A DNA stretch of 64,000 nucleotides. Source: an uncultured Acidobacteriia bacterium (GTDB lineage: Bacteria; Acidobacteriota; Terriglobia; Bryobacterales; Bryobacteraceae). The notes under the pieces were generated by a model. The model saw nothing but the letters and a program-made list of their open reading frames with translations, ran no database searches and was not told the DNA's origin. This document shows positions 8,902 to 17,752 of this stretch, piece by piece. The DNA is taken from the NCBI GenBank assembly GCA_903909435.1, contig CAIVVT010000157.1, positions 3,183-67,182 on the forward strand, written 5' to 3'. The translations under genes and the position numbers were made by a program. Every line of letters begins with the position of its first letter. Positions within the stretch are counted from its first letter, which is position 1.

Positions 8902-9057
8902 ATGTTGATAATACTCATCGTTTTGTTGTTGGTGTTAGGCGGCGGCGGAGGCTACTACGGCCACAGTCGCTGGGGCTACGGCGGCGGCACGGGCATTGGT
9001 TTGGGAACCGTTTTGCTGGTCCTCCTGATTGCTTACTTGCTCGGGATGTTCCGTTAA
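8902..9057 (+). CDS. DUF3309-like small membrane protein (51 aa)
   Basis: Hand translation gives MLIILIVLLLVLGGGGGYYGHSRWGYGGGTGIGLGTVLLVLLIAYLLGMFR*. This is below the ORF-track length cutoff. The Gly/Tyr-rich loop between two helices is typical of this family. Confidence 0.6.
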   Translation: MLIILIVLLLVLGGGGGYYGHSRWGYGGGTGIGLGTVLLVLLIAYLLGMFR

Positions 9058-9872
9058 ATCCCTTCGGGCGCGACCCGGGTCGCGCACTCTCCTAAGCCGG
9101 TATCACACGAATGGGGCAGGCATTCAGTTCGGCGGGCGTTCGGTCCCGCTGGATGCCGCCCCGATTCGAAACTACTCGCTCCCGCCTGTCTAACTGCCTG
9201 TGCACCTTGTCAATCCAGAGTTCACCGTCCTCCAGACCACACCTTTTCCTTTCGGCCGCGCTGGCCTTTTTGAACCCAACAAGCACTCGACGGCCGCCAC
9301 TCCCCGCTCTTCGCTGATGGGTTTCTGCGCGCCCGTCGCGACGCTGCGATTCTCCTTCCCTCGCTCCTCTATTTCTTGACGGGGTTGCCGGTCCTTTCAC
9401 TCTCGGCGAGCCCGGTCAGGTCCGCTGGCAACGACCAAGTCCTTCGCGGTAATGACTCAGAACCCGGTTGTGTCTCCTTGCATTCGCCGCCAGTGCTGGG
9501 GTGACTTCGGGTCGCGCGCATCTACTCTCCTCGAAGCATCTGAAACTTCATCCAAAACAATCCCTGCAAGCACAACGCTCCCAGTTTCCAGCAAATCTTG
9601 CATCCTTCGGCAATAGCTGCATCAAACGCCGATCTAACGGCCAAGCTGGCATCTCCATGGGTGTCAACTCTGAATCGTCCTTATCCCCTAGTGATAAGAA
9701 GCCGGCCCGGCATTCAATGCGGCAATACTCGGGATTTTTGACCAACATCCTGGATTGGGCCTCGAACTGCTTCTCCTGCATTGTGCGATCAGCCAACCGA
9801 GGTCCGCAGGCAAATCGTCCGGCAGCGTGAAAAGCGGATTGTACAGAGTTTAAGTAAAAGGAGTTCGAGCAA

Positions 9873-10622
9873 ATGAGTGTATTTACGAGAGTAACGACAA
9901 CAGTATTAGGCTTGGCGCTATTGGGCGCAGTGACCTCACCGGCCGTGAAGGCTGACGAATGGAACAAGAAGACCGTGATCACCTTCAACGCACCTGTGGA
10001 GATACCGGGTGTGCACCAGAAGGGCTGGGGCGTGCTGCCCGCCGGCACTTACGTGTTCAAGATTCTGGATTCGCAGTCGGATCGCCACATTGTCCAGATC
10101 TTCGATAAGGACGAGACGCAGGTTTACGCCACGATCCTGGCCGTTCCGAACTTCCGCTTGCAGTCTACCGACAAGACCATCATGACCTTCGCGGAACGCC
10201 CGGCGGGCCAGCCCGAAGCGCTGCGGGCCTGGTTTTACCCCGGTCGCAATTGGGGCGAGGAATTCGTTTACGGCAAAACGATGGCGCTCGAACTCGCTAA
10301 GACTACCAATACGGCCGTACTCTATACGCCAGCCGAACTCCCGGTGGAAGTCGTCGAGCCGATCAAGACGGCGGACGAACCGGTCGTAGTGGTCATGAAG
10401 ACGGCGCCCCTAATGGCCGTCAAGCCGACCGGAGAAGATGTAGTGCTCGCCGAAGTGGTAACCCCGCCGCCGGCTGAGGTTGCCCCTGTTCAGGTTGCCG
10501 CAGCGCCGACCCCCGCGGAACTGCCCCACACGGCAAGCCCATTGGGATTGATCGCGTTGCTTGGCCTGCTTGCCCTGGGCGGGGCGTTGAGTCTGCGACT
10601 GCTGCAAAAGCAGATTGTCTAA
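9873..10622 (+). CDS. Secreted protein with C-terminal LPHTAS sorting-signal-like tail
   Basis: AAGGAG RBS upstream. Signal peptide ends ...AVKA. The C-terminus AELPHTASPLGLIALLGLLALGGALSLRLLQKQIV gives LPxT[AG] + hydrophobic helix + basic tail. Confidence 0.75.
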   Translation: MSVFTRVTTTVLGLALLGAVTSPAVKADEWNKKTVITFNAPVEIPGVHQKGWGVLPAGTYVFKILDSQSDRHIVQIFDKDETQVYATILAVPNFRLQSTDKTIMTFAERPAGQPEALRAWFYPGRNWGEEFVYGKTMALELAKTTNTAVLYTPAELPVEVVEPIKTADEPVVVVMKTAPLMAVKPTGEDVVLAEVVTPPPAEVAPVQVAAAPTPAELPHTASPLGLIALLGLLALGGALSLRLLQKQIV

Positions 10623-10870
10623 TTGGCCTGGCTCATCAGGCGGCGCGCCGGCTTCGAGGCGCGCCTGCGGGGCAGGGGAGGGAGATCTCCCCGAGGTAGC
10701 CTTCCGGATTGGCGCTCAACGTGCCATCAGGGACGCCTGAGAAGCACTGGCCGGCTCCAGTCCGGGTTGTGAAGTTCGCCGAACGAGTTGGCCCGACTTG
10801 CCTGGGTGGTTTGCCGCGCGCGGCTCAGTCAGCAGCACGAGTCACCGGTCAAGTCAGAAAGAGTTTAGCG

Positions 10871-11866
10871 ATGTCTACGAGACTGTCGCGGGCGGGAGAG
10901 CGACGACTGGGGAATGTGAACGCCCTCCTGCTTTTTTTGTTGGTCGCCCCGGTGGCGTCTGCCGGGCGGCAACCGCCTCCCTCGCAGCCGGATCGCGACA
11001 CGGACACGTTCAGGATCTCGATGGATGTCGCACTGGTCGTGTTGCACGCCACGGTGACCGACCGGCAGGGCGGGTTCGTCTCCAACCTGGAGCAGGGCGA
11101 TTTCGAAGTTTTCGAGGATGGTAAGCCGCAGGCGATCCGGGTGTTCACGAACGAAGATGTTCCGGTCACCGTGGGGCTGGTCATCGACCACAGCTCGAGC
11201 ATGCGCCCGAAGCTGGCGGAGGTGACCGTCGCGGCCAGCAGTTTCGTAAAGCACAGCAACCCTGAAGACGAGATGTTCGTAGTCAATTTCAACGAGCGCG
11301 TGTCGCTGGGCTTGCCGGCGAAGGTGAGATTCACGGATCGGATTGACCAGCTCCAAACTGCAATCACGGCCGCTCCGGCCGACGGCCAGACGGCGCTGTA
11401 TGACGCCATAGCCAAGGCTCTGGGCGAATTGTCGGCTGGCAGCCGGGATAAGAAGGTATTGATCGTGGTGAGCGATGGCGGTGACAATGCGAGTGCGCTC
11501 AACCGCGGGCAGATCATGAAGCTGGCACAGCGGTCGAGCGCGGTCATCTACACGATCGGCATCTTCGACGCGGACGATCCGGACCAGAACCCGGGTTTGC
11601 TCAAGCACCTGGCGCTGTTGACCGGCGGCGAGGCGTTCATCGTGAACGAGGTGAGTGGAATCGTCGCGATCTCCGAGCGCATCGCCCGCGACATCCGGCA
11701 TCAATACACCATCGGATTCGCTCCGGCTAATGCGGCTGGTGATGGAGCCTCCCATGCCATTCGGGTGCACGCTCAGGCCAAGGGTCACGAGAGAATGTCC
11801 GTCCGTGCGCGCACTAATTACGTAGCCGCCCCGGGTGCGGAACTCAACGAGAAGGGCGCCAGATGA
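10871..11866 (+). CDS. VWA domain protein (acidobacterial VWFA-related type)
   Basis: ORF 10709..11866. ATG 10871 gives a signal peptide (MSTRLSRAGERRLGNVNALLLFLLVAPVASA). MIDAS residues are VIDHSSSM ... GQTALYDAI ... VVSDGGDN. I recall the overall pattern from the TIGR03436-type family. Confidence 0.8.
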   Translation: MSTRLSRAGERRLGNVNALLLFLLVAPVASAGRQPPPSQPDRDTDTFRISMDVALVVLHATVTDRQGGFVSNLEQGDFEVFEDGKPQAIRVFTNEDVPVTVGLVIDHSSSMRPKLAEVTVAASSFVKHSNPEDEMFVVNFNERVSLGLPAKVRFTDRIDQLQTAITAAPADGQTALYDAIAKALGELSAGSRDKKVLIVVSDGGDNASALNRGQIMKLAQRSSAVIYTIGIFDADDPDQNPGLLKHLALLTGGEAFIVNEVSGIVAISERIARDIRHQYTIGFAPANAAGDGASHAIRVHAQAKGHERMSVRARTNYVAAPGAELNEKGAR

Positions 11867-12525
11867 GGTTCGCAGTTCACCATCACGCGATCGCACGGAT
11901 TTTGTTCTGGATGCAGGGCGGATTGTTCGCCTGTGGCGTCTTTATGCTGGGCTACTGCGGCTACGCAGTTACGGACGCCTGGGTTTTTCAAAGGCGCGAG
12001 AGCAGCGCTCTCGACCGCCTGCTGCGGGCCCGGAGCACAGTGAGTGAGGGTACCGCCAAGGAACCGCGGACAACGCCGCTGCAGGTCGCCCTGGCCGCCA
12101 GCGGGGCCGGATTGATCGGGAGAATTGAGATCCCGCGACTGCTGCTCTCCGCAGTCGTCGTCGAGGGCAGCGACTCAGGGACCTTCCGGCGCGCTGTAGG
12201 GCACGTCCCGGGAACGGCCTTGCCAGGACAGCCTGGCAACGTGGCGCTGGCGGGGCACAGGGACACTTTCTTTCGCTCGCTGCGCGAGTTGAGGGTCAAG
12301 GATGAGATCCAGCTTTCAACCCCGCAAGGTGACTTCAAGTACGAGGTCGAATCGCTGGCGGTTGTGGAGCCGGACTACGTGGAGGCGCTTGCTCCCTCGT
12401 CCGAGAACATGTTGACCCTGGTCACCTGTTATCCGTTTTCCTATATTGGGACCGCGCCCAAGCGCTTCATTGCCAGGGCCAGACAGGTGGCGCCCCAAAC
12501 GGTGCCGCCAACAAATGTGGAATGA
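11863..12525 (+). CDS. Sortase family transpeptidase
   Basis: N-terminal TM. His motif is LAGHRDTFF, Cys motif TLVTCYPF, Arg RFIARA. The start overlaps the VWA stop (ATGA). Confidence 0.8.
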   Translation: MRFAVHHHAIARILFWMQGGLFACGVFMLGYCGYAVTDAWVFQRRESSALDRLLRARSTVSEGTAKEPRTTPLQVALAASGAGLIGRIEIPRLLLSAVVVEGSDSGTFRRAVGHVPGTALPGQPGNVALAGHRDTFFRSLRELRVKDEIQLSTPQGDFKYEVESLAVVEPDYVEALAPSSENMLTLVTCYPFSYIGTAPKRFIARARQVAPQTVPPTNVE

Positions 12526-12565
12526 TCGAAAATAGCCGCCGGCGGCTGCCCGTGGGAGTCTGAAC

Positions 12566-13003
12566 GTGAAACACGCACCGGTTACTTGCGCCGCTCGAAT
12601 TCTCGTCATTGAAGACAACGCGTCGGATGTCTTCTTGCTCGAGCGAGCGCTGAGGAACCAGAACTTCAGTTTTGAGCTGGTTCATTTGCTGGACGGCGGC
12701 GAAGCTCTCGCCTTCATTCGCCAGCAGGGGCAGTACGCGTATGCGCCGATCCCTGATCTGATCCTGATGGACCTGAACCTCTCCAAGTACACGGGCGAGG
12801 AAATCCTGCGCGAGATTCGGGCAACCGATCATCTCGCCGGCATTCCCGTCTGTGCCTGGAGTTCGTCCGAGTCCCGGCGCGACCAGGCCTTACTGAAAGA
12901 GCTGGGAGTCGCCCGCTTCATCACCAAGCCTTCCGGCCTGGATCAGTTCATGGAGATAGGCGCAACCCTTAAAGGCATGCTGAACAATCCGCTTCCGGCT
13001 TGA
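12566..13003 (+). CDS. Single-domain response regulator (CheY-like receiver)
   Basis: ILVIEDNASDVFLL...DLILMDLNLSKYTGEEILREIR...KP; there is no output domain. Confidence 0.8.
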   Translation: MKHAPVTCAARILVIEDNASDVFLLERALRNQNFSFELVHLLDGGEALAFIRQQGQYAYAPIPDLILMDLNLSKYTGEEILREIRATDHLAGIPVCAWSSSESRRDQALLKELGVARFITKPSGLDQFMEIGATLKGMLNNPLPA

Positions 13004-13182
13004 TCCGCCCGAACCTGCCTCGCTTCCGGTTTGATTCCCCTCCAGATCCGAACTCCATTCGGCCGGAGGACCGTTCCGCCAATGCCGGCGCTCTCGACTG
13101 GTTTGTACGTAGGCACCGGCTTCGGTAGCGCGACCGTCCGTCCCCTTGAAAGTCACCTCAGAACCGGCCACACTCGTCGAGC

Positions 13183-13668
13183 TTACTCGTTCAAATGGCG
13201 GGAGTTGCGTAGGCTCATCGCCCTGCGCGCCTCGCTCTCCTGCTCTTTTTCCTTCGTCGCCGCCCGCTTGTCGTGTTCCTTCTTGCCGCGGCAAATGCCC
13301 AGCTCGCACTTCAGCAATCCGTGCTTCAGGTACATCTTCAACGGGATCAGCGTCAGGCCCTTCTCGAGGGCTTTGCCGGTGAGCTTGTCGATTTCCCGGC
13401 GGTGCAGCAGCAGCTTCCGCTTCTTTGTGGGCTCGTGGTTGAAGATGTTGCCGTGCGAGTATGGGCTGAAGTGCGAATTCATGAGCCAGGCCTCGCCGTT
13501 CACGACGTCCGCGTAGGAGTCGCGAATCTGCACCCGGCCCTCGCGCGCCGACTTGATCTCCGTCCCGGTGAGCACAAGTCCAGCCTCCAGCCGGTCGAGC
13601 ACGAAGTAGTCGTGGTACGCCTTGCGGTTGTCGGCGACGAGTTTGAAGGCTTCCTTCTGTTGGGGCAC
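13183..13668 (-). CDS. smpB: SsrA-binding protein SmpB
   Basis: NRKAYHDYFVLDRLEAGLVLTGTEIKS...NSHFSPYSHGNIFNHEPTKKRKLLLHRREIDKL...GLTLIPLKMY are canonical SmpB motifs. Confidence 0.9.
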   Translation of the reverse strand: MPQQKEAFKLVADNRKAYHDYFVLDRLEAGLVLTGTEIKSAREGRVQIRDSYADVVNGEAWLMNSHFSPYSHGNIFNHEPTKKRKLLLHRREIDKLTGKALEKGLTLIPLKMYLKHGLLKCELGICRGKKEHDKRAATKEKEQESEARRAMSLRNSRHLNE

Positions 13669-13800
13669 GGATTCACCTCCACGCCTGCCGGGCGGATTGC
13701 GTCAAGTATTCAGGGTGCAGAACGTCCCCGGCAGAGTGGACCGGCAACGACAAGAATAGCATGACGCACCCTCGGCAGGTCTTTTCGGATTGATCTTAAA

Positions 13801-16311
13801 ATGTTGAAGATGAACCGGTTAGTTGCGAAACTGATAGCCCCCGCGGCGATGTTGGCCGTGCTGCTGGCGCTGGCGCCACCCGTCGCGGCGCGGACCAAGA
13901 AAGGGGACAAACTTGCCGCCGAAGGGCTCAAGTTCGAAATGCAGCGGCAGTTTGACGAGGCGCTGGAGAAATACGAGCTTGCGCTCGCTTCCGACACCTC
14001 GGACATCAACTACCAGTTGATGATCCGCCGAGTGCGCTTCCAGGCCGGGCAGATGCACGTAAACGCCGGTTTGAAGCTGCGAACCGACGGCAAGCTCGAT
14101 GAGTCGCTGGCGGAGTTCAACAAGGCCTATACGATCGACCCGTCGTCCACTTCCTCCGAGCAGGAGCTTCGCCGTACGCTGCGCATGATCGAACGCGAGA
14201 AGCAGCGCCGGCAGCAAACCGGGGCGGAACTCGAACATCCGCAAGACAAGGGACTGACTCCCTCCCAGGTAGCGCGGAAAGAGTCCGAGCAGCGCGAGGC
14301 GGATATGACCGCCCCGCCTGAACTGAAATCGACCTCCAATCAGGCCCTCGACCTGAAGATCTCGAACCAGCCCGTGAGGACGCTCTACGAGACGGTGGGC
14401 AAAATGTCGGGACTCAATGTCCTGTTCGACTCCGACCTGCCGGTTGAACCGAACAAGAAGCTCTCCCTGGATCTGAAGAACTCCCAACTCGACGAAGCGC
14501 TCGATTACATCGCCCTGCTCACCCACACCTACTGGAAACCCGTCTCGGGAAATACCATTTTCGTGACGCAGGAAAGCGTCACCAAGCGCCGCGACTACGA
14601 GGACCACGTCACCCGCGTTTTCTACCTCAACAACATCACCTCGGCTCCGGAACTGCAGGAAGTCATGACCGCGGTCCGCACGGTCACTAACGTGCGCAAC
14701 ATCTTCCCGGTCAGCTCGCAGAACGCACTCGTAATCCGCGGCACCGCCGATCAGATCGCGCTGGCGGAGAAGATCATTCTGGACATCGACAAGCCCAAGT
14801 CCGAAGTGCTGGTGGACATGATCGTGATGGAGGTCAACGGGGATAAGACCCGCCAACTTGCAGCCACGGTTGCTCCCGGCGGCCTGAACATGTCTGCGAG
14901 TTCAACCCCCTCGGGCGGAACTTCGGTCACACTGAAGAAGCTCGGCAGTCTCGGGCTTGGCGATTGGACCACCACCATGCCCAGTGCTCTGCTGCAAGCT
15001 GCCTTGAGCGACACGCGCGCCAAGATCCTCACTTCGCCTCAACTGCGCGGTGTCGAGGGCCAGAAGGCGAGTCTCAAGATCGGCGACCGCTATCCCTACG
15101 CTTCGGGCAGTTTCTCTTCTCCCACCGCCAACACCAGCGGTGTCGCGTACGCGCAGACCCAGTTTCAGTTCGCCGATATCGGCGTGAATCTGGACCTCAC
15201 GCCGCGCATTCACGGTGCGGATGAAGTGACTCTGCAGGTCGAGTTCGAAATCTCGAACATCAGCCAGACCATCGACGTCGGCGGCGTATCCCAGCCTGTC
15301 ATCGGGCAGCGCAAAGTGAACCACATTATTCGCCTGCGGGAGGGCGAGGCCGCACTCATCGGCGGGTTGATGCAGGTCACGCAGACTTCCACGAAGAGCG
15401 GTTGGCCGGGTTTGATGGACATCCCGATCCTTGGGAAGTTGTTCACGAAATCGAATGTGGAGAACAAGACCGAGGACCTGCTGGTGGTGCTGATCCCGCA
15501 CATCATGCGTTCGCCCGATCTGACCGCCGCCAACATACGTGCGGTGGCTTCAGGCAACGACCAGATTTGGAAGGTCAACTACCGGCACCAGGCCGCTCCG
15601 GCCGGGTTGAAGCCGGGTGGGGCGCAAGACAAGGCTGCGCAGCCGGATGCCCAGCCGCGAGCCAGTGTCCCTGTGGCGACTGGTGCAGTCGTAGCCGGGC
15701 CTCCGCTCAACGCGGTGGCTCCCGTGCCCCCGCCACCGCCCGTTCAAGAAACTCCCGCCGCCGCACCCGATGCCCCGGCCCCGCCACCGACCGGCGCTCC
15801 CGGAGAGCTCTCCAGCCCGCCTCAGCCGGGCGAGGTGCCCCTGACGGCAATCAGCCCCGAACTGAAGGAGCCCGCCCAGCCCGCCCCAGTGCCGCCCGGA
15901 GCCGGGGTGGCGATGGTGGTCTCCGCGGCCGAGATCGCTCCAGGAGCCACCGTCACAGTGCAGGTGAACGTGACCAATGTGAAAGACCTCAGCGCCGCGC
16001 CCATGCGCTTGAAGTACGACGCCGCCGTGCTGAAGCTGGTCGAGGTCAAAGCGGGCGGCTTCCTTGGGGAGCTAGGCAAGCAGGTCATCTTCTCCGAAGT
16101 GCGCTCGCGACAGGGCGGGGAATCTAAAATCCAGCTGCAGCGCCTGGCCGGGGCAGGCGGCGTGGATGGTTCTGGTACTCTCCTCACGCTGAAATTTGAG
16201 GCAAAGAGCGCCGGTACCGCATCGATATCAGTGGTTGATTTCAGTCTGCGGGACTCCAAGCTCCAGTCGATTCAGGCGACTCCGCCGCAGACCTCGGTTG
16301 TCGTGAAGTAG
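13801..16311 (+). CDS. Secretin (GspD/PilQ family) with N-terminal TPR-like region, Pro-rich linker and C-terminal cohesin-like domain
   Basis: Secretin core is GVNLDLTPRI...VSQPVIGQRKVNHIIRLREGEAALIGGLMQ...GWPGLMDIPILGKLF...EDLLVVLIPHIM. The Pro/Ala linker spans about 15590-15900. The C-terminus ATVTVQVNVTNVKDLSAAPMRLKYDAAVLKLVEVKAGGFLG...GSGTLLTLKFEAKSAGTASISV is cohesin-like. Confidence 0.85.
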   Translation: MLKMNRLVAKLIAPAAMLAVLLALAPPVAARTKKGDKLAAEGLKFEMQRQFDEALEKYELALASDTSDINYQLMIRRVRFQAGQMHVNAGLKLRTDGKLDESLAEFNKAYTIDPSSTSSEQELRRTLRMIEREKQRRQQTGAELEHPQDKGLTPSQVARKESEQREADMTAPPELKSTSNQALDLKISNQPVRTLYETVGKMSGLNVLFDSDLPVEPNKKLSLDLKNSQLDEALDYIALLTHTYWKPVSGNTIFVTQESVTKRRDYEDHVTRVFYLNNITSAPELQEVMTAVRTVTNVRNIFPVSSQNALVIRGTADQIALAEKIILDIDKPKSEVLVDMIVMEVNGDKTRQLAATVAPGGLNMSASSTPSGGTSVTLKKLGSLGLGDWTTTMPSALLQAALSDTRAKILTSPQLRGVEGQKASLKIGDRYPYASGSFSSPTANTSGVAYAQTQFQFADIGVNLDLTPRIHGADEVTLQVEFEISNISQTIDVGGVSQPVIGQRKVNHIIRLREGEAALIGGLMQVTQTSTKSGWPGLMDIPILGKLFTKSNVENKTEDLLVVLIPHIMRSPDLTAANIRAVASGNDQIWKVNYRHQAAPAGLKPGGAQDKAAQPDAQPRASVPVATGAVVAGPPLNAVAPVPPPPPVQETPAAAPDAPAPPPTGAPGELSSPPQPGEVPLTAISPELKEPAQPAPVPPGAGVAMVVSAAEIAPGATVTVQVNVTNVKDLSAAPMRLKYDAAVLKLVEVKAGGFLGELGKQVIFSEVRSRQGGESKIQLQRLAGAGGVDGSGTLLTLKFEAKSAGTASISVVDFSLRDSKLQSIQATPPQTSVVVK

Positions 16312-16323
16312 AGTGGGCGCGTT

Positions 16324-16848
16324 TTGATGGAATTGACGTCACAAACGGGGTTTGAGCCGGGTACGGTCAAAACCGTGCGCCGGGCACGCAGCCGGCCGCG
16401 CGGCCTGACGTTGATCGAGTTGATCGTCGCCTTTACGATCCTGATGCTGCTCACCATGATGGCGCTGCCGCTGGCGCGCTACCGCGTGCGCCGTGAAAAG
16501 GAACGCGATTTGCGAATTGCGCTGCGCGAGATTCGCACGGCCATTGACAAGTACAAGGATGCTTGCGACAAAGGGACCCTTGGGACGCCAAAACTGGGCT
16601 CGGAGTGCTACCCCGAGACGTTGGAGGTGTTGGTGCAAGGCGTGAAGATCGCCAACGATGCGAACGGCAAGAAGATCAAGTTCCTGCGCCGCATCCCGCT
16701 GGATCCTTTCACCAAGCAAAGAGATTGGAACATGCGCAGCAATCAGGATGATCCCGACTCGCAGGGCTGGGGCGGGCAGAACGTGTTTGACGTGAACTCA
16801 AAAACTCTGGAGAGAGCGCCGGATGGGACACCCTATGCGGAGTGGTAA
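16324..16848 (+). CDS. Type II secretion/type IV pilus-like pseudopilin (prepilin N-terminal methylation motif)
   Basis: RG|LTLIELIVAFTILMLLTMMALP prepilin-type motif; C-terminus ...GTPYAEW. Confidence 0.75.
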   Translation: MMELTSQTGFEPGTVKTVRRARSRPRGLTLIELIVAFTILMLLTMMALPLARYRVRREKERDLRIALREIRTAIDKYKDACDKGTLGTPKLGSECYPETLEVLVQGVKIANDANGKKIKFLRRIPLDPFTKQRDWNMRSNQDDPDSQGWGGQNVFDVNSKTLERAPDGTPYAEW

Positions 16849-17230
16849 GAACTCCTTTGGCTTCACGCTGATCGAACTGATGGTCGTCATGGCGATCACT
16901 GCGATCCTGCTGGCCATGGCCATACCCATGTACCAGAAGTCCGTCGTGCGGGCGAAAGAGAGCGTGCTACGCCAGAACCTCTTCACCCTGCGGACCGTCA
17001 TCGACGAATTCACTTACGATAAAGCCAAGGCGCCTCAGTCGCTCACGGATCTTGTCAATGAAGGGTACCTGCGACAGGTTCCGGTCGATCCGATGACGGC
17101 CCAGGCGGACTGGTCCGTGGTCATGGAGGACGCCGTTTCCAGCGTCAACCAGACCGAGCCCGGCATCTTCGACGTCCGCAGCAAGAGTGACCGGAAGTCG
17201 CTCGAGGGCACGCCGTACAACGAGTGGTGA
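16823..17230 (+). CDS. GspG-like pseudopilin
   Basis: FG|FTLIELMVVMAITAILLAMAIPMY...DKAKAPQSLTDLVNEGYLRQVPVDPMT...GTPYNEW. An alternative start, ATG 16835, would give a 9-aa leader. It overlaps the previous gene. Confidence 0.8.
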   Translation: MGHPMRSGKNSFGFTLIELMVVMAITAILLAMAIPMYQKSVVRAKESVLRQNLFTLRTVIDEFTYDKAKAPQSLTDLVNEGYLRQVPVDPMTAQADWSVVMEDAVSSVNQTEPGIFDVRSKSDRKSLEGTPYNEW

Positions 17231-17667
17231 ACCCTACGCCGGGCCACGCCGCACCGCAACAGGGTGAACCCCCTTCTTTGATTGCGACATCCGTGCATCG
17301 TTCTGATGTGGGCGTAGCGGGGCTCTGCCCTGCCGGGCAGGCTCTCACGCTGCGCCTCGCGGCCAGGGGCTTGCGCGTCTCAGTGTGGGACGCTGCGGCT
17401 GGAAGCGTGCGGGAGTTCGTGGCTGGCCACGCCGCTGCACGCGGCGGATTGGTGGGCTATTCCGATTGCGATGACTTTGTCGAGTCGCTGGACCGGCCGC
17501 GCCGGATCGTGATCTTCTCATCGGAAACGTCGCCTGCTCCAGCCCCTCTGCGTGCGCCGCGACCGGATACGGACCGCTGGCTCGAATACCCCTCCGCTGT
17601 TAGCATTGAGGCCCGCTGCGCCGACTTGGACCTGTTGGAACTGACCCTGCTTTTCCAAATGGCCTGA
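17224..17667 (+). pseudogene. Remnant of a 6-phosphogluconate dehydrogenase-type NAD(P)-binding N-terminus
   Basis: Residues encoded at about 17305-17526 (DVGVAGLCPAGQALTLRLAARGLRVSVWD...FVAGHAAARGGLVGYSDCDDFVESLDRPRRIVIFSSE) align by eye with the Gnd N-terminus (IGLIGLAVMGQNLALN..GF.V.VYNR...EEFV.SLEKPRRI). Similarity stops after ~100 aa and the ORF ends at 147 aa. Confidence 0.4.
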
Positions 17668-17752
17668 CCCGCGCCCTCCCGCCGCTCTCATTCTCCAGAC
17701 CATTCCTGCGAACGGTCCCATGGGCCCAGCCGGCTCTCTCGTAGAATCGAAC

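Noticed and set aside
9548-9780. 77-codon minus-strand ORF as an ECF sigma-factor fragment.
   Set aside because: The resemblance is limited to a short LLPKDAR-type stretch, with no region 2 and no continuation of region 4. It is kept only as a remark within the 9090-9872 finding.
17329-17341. 13-nt palindrome CCTGCCGGGCAGG occurring at 17329-17341 and 38065-38077, with a near-copy at ~26948. Considered as a repeat family.
   Set aside because: A shared 13-mer in 64 kb of GC-rich DNA is expected by chance. A rough pair count gives tens of coincidental 13-mer matches. One copy also lies inside a sequence with protein-level homology.
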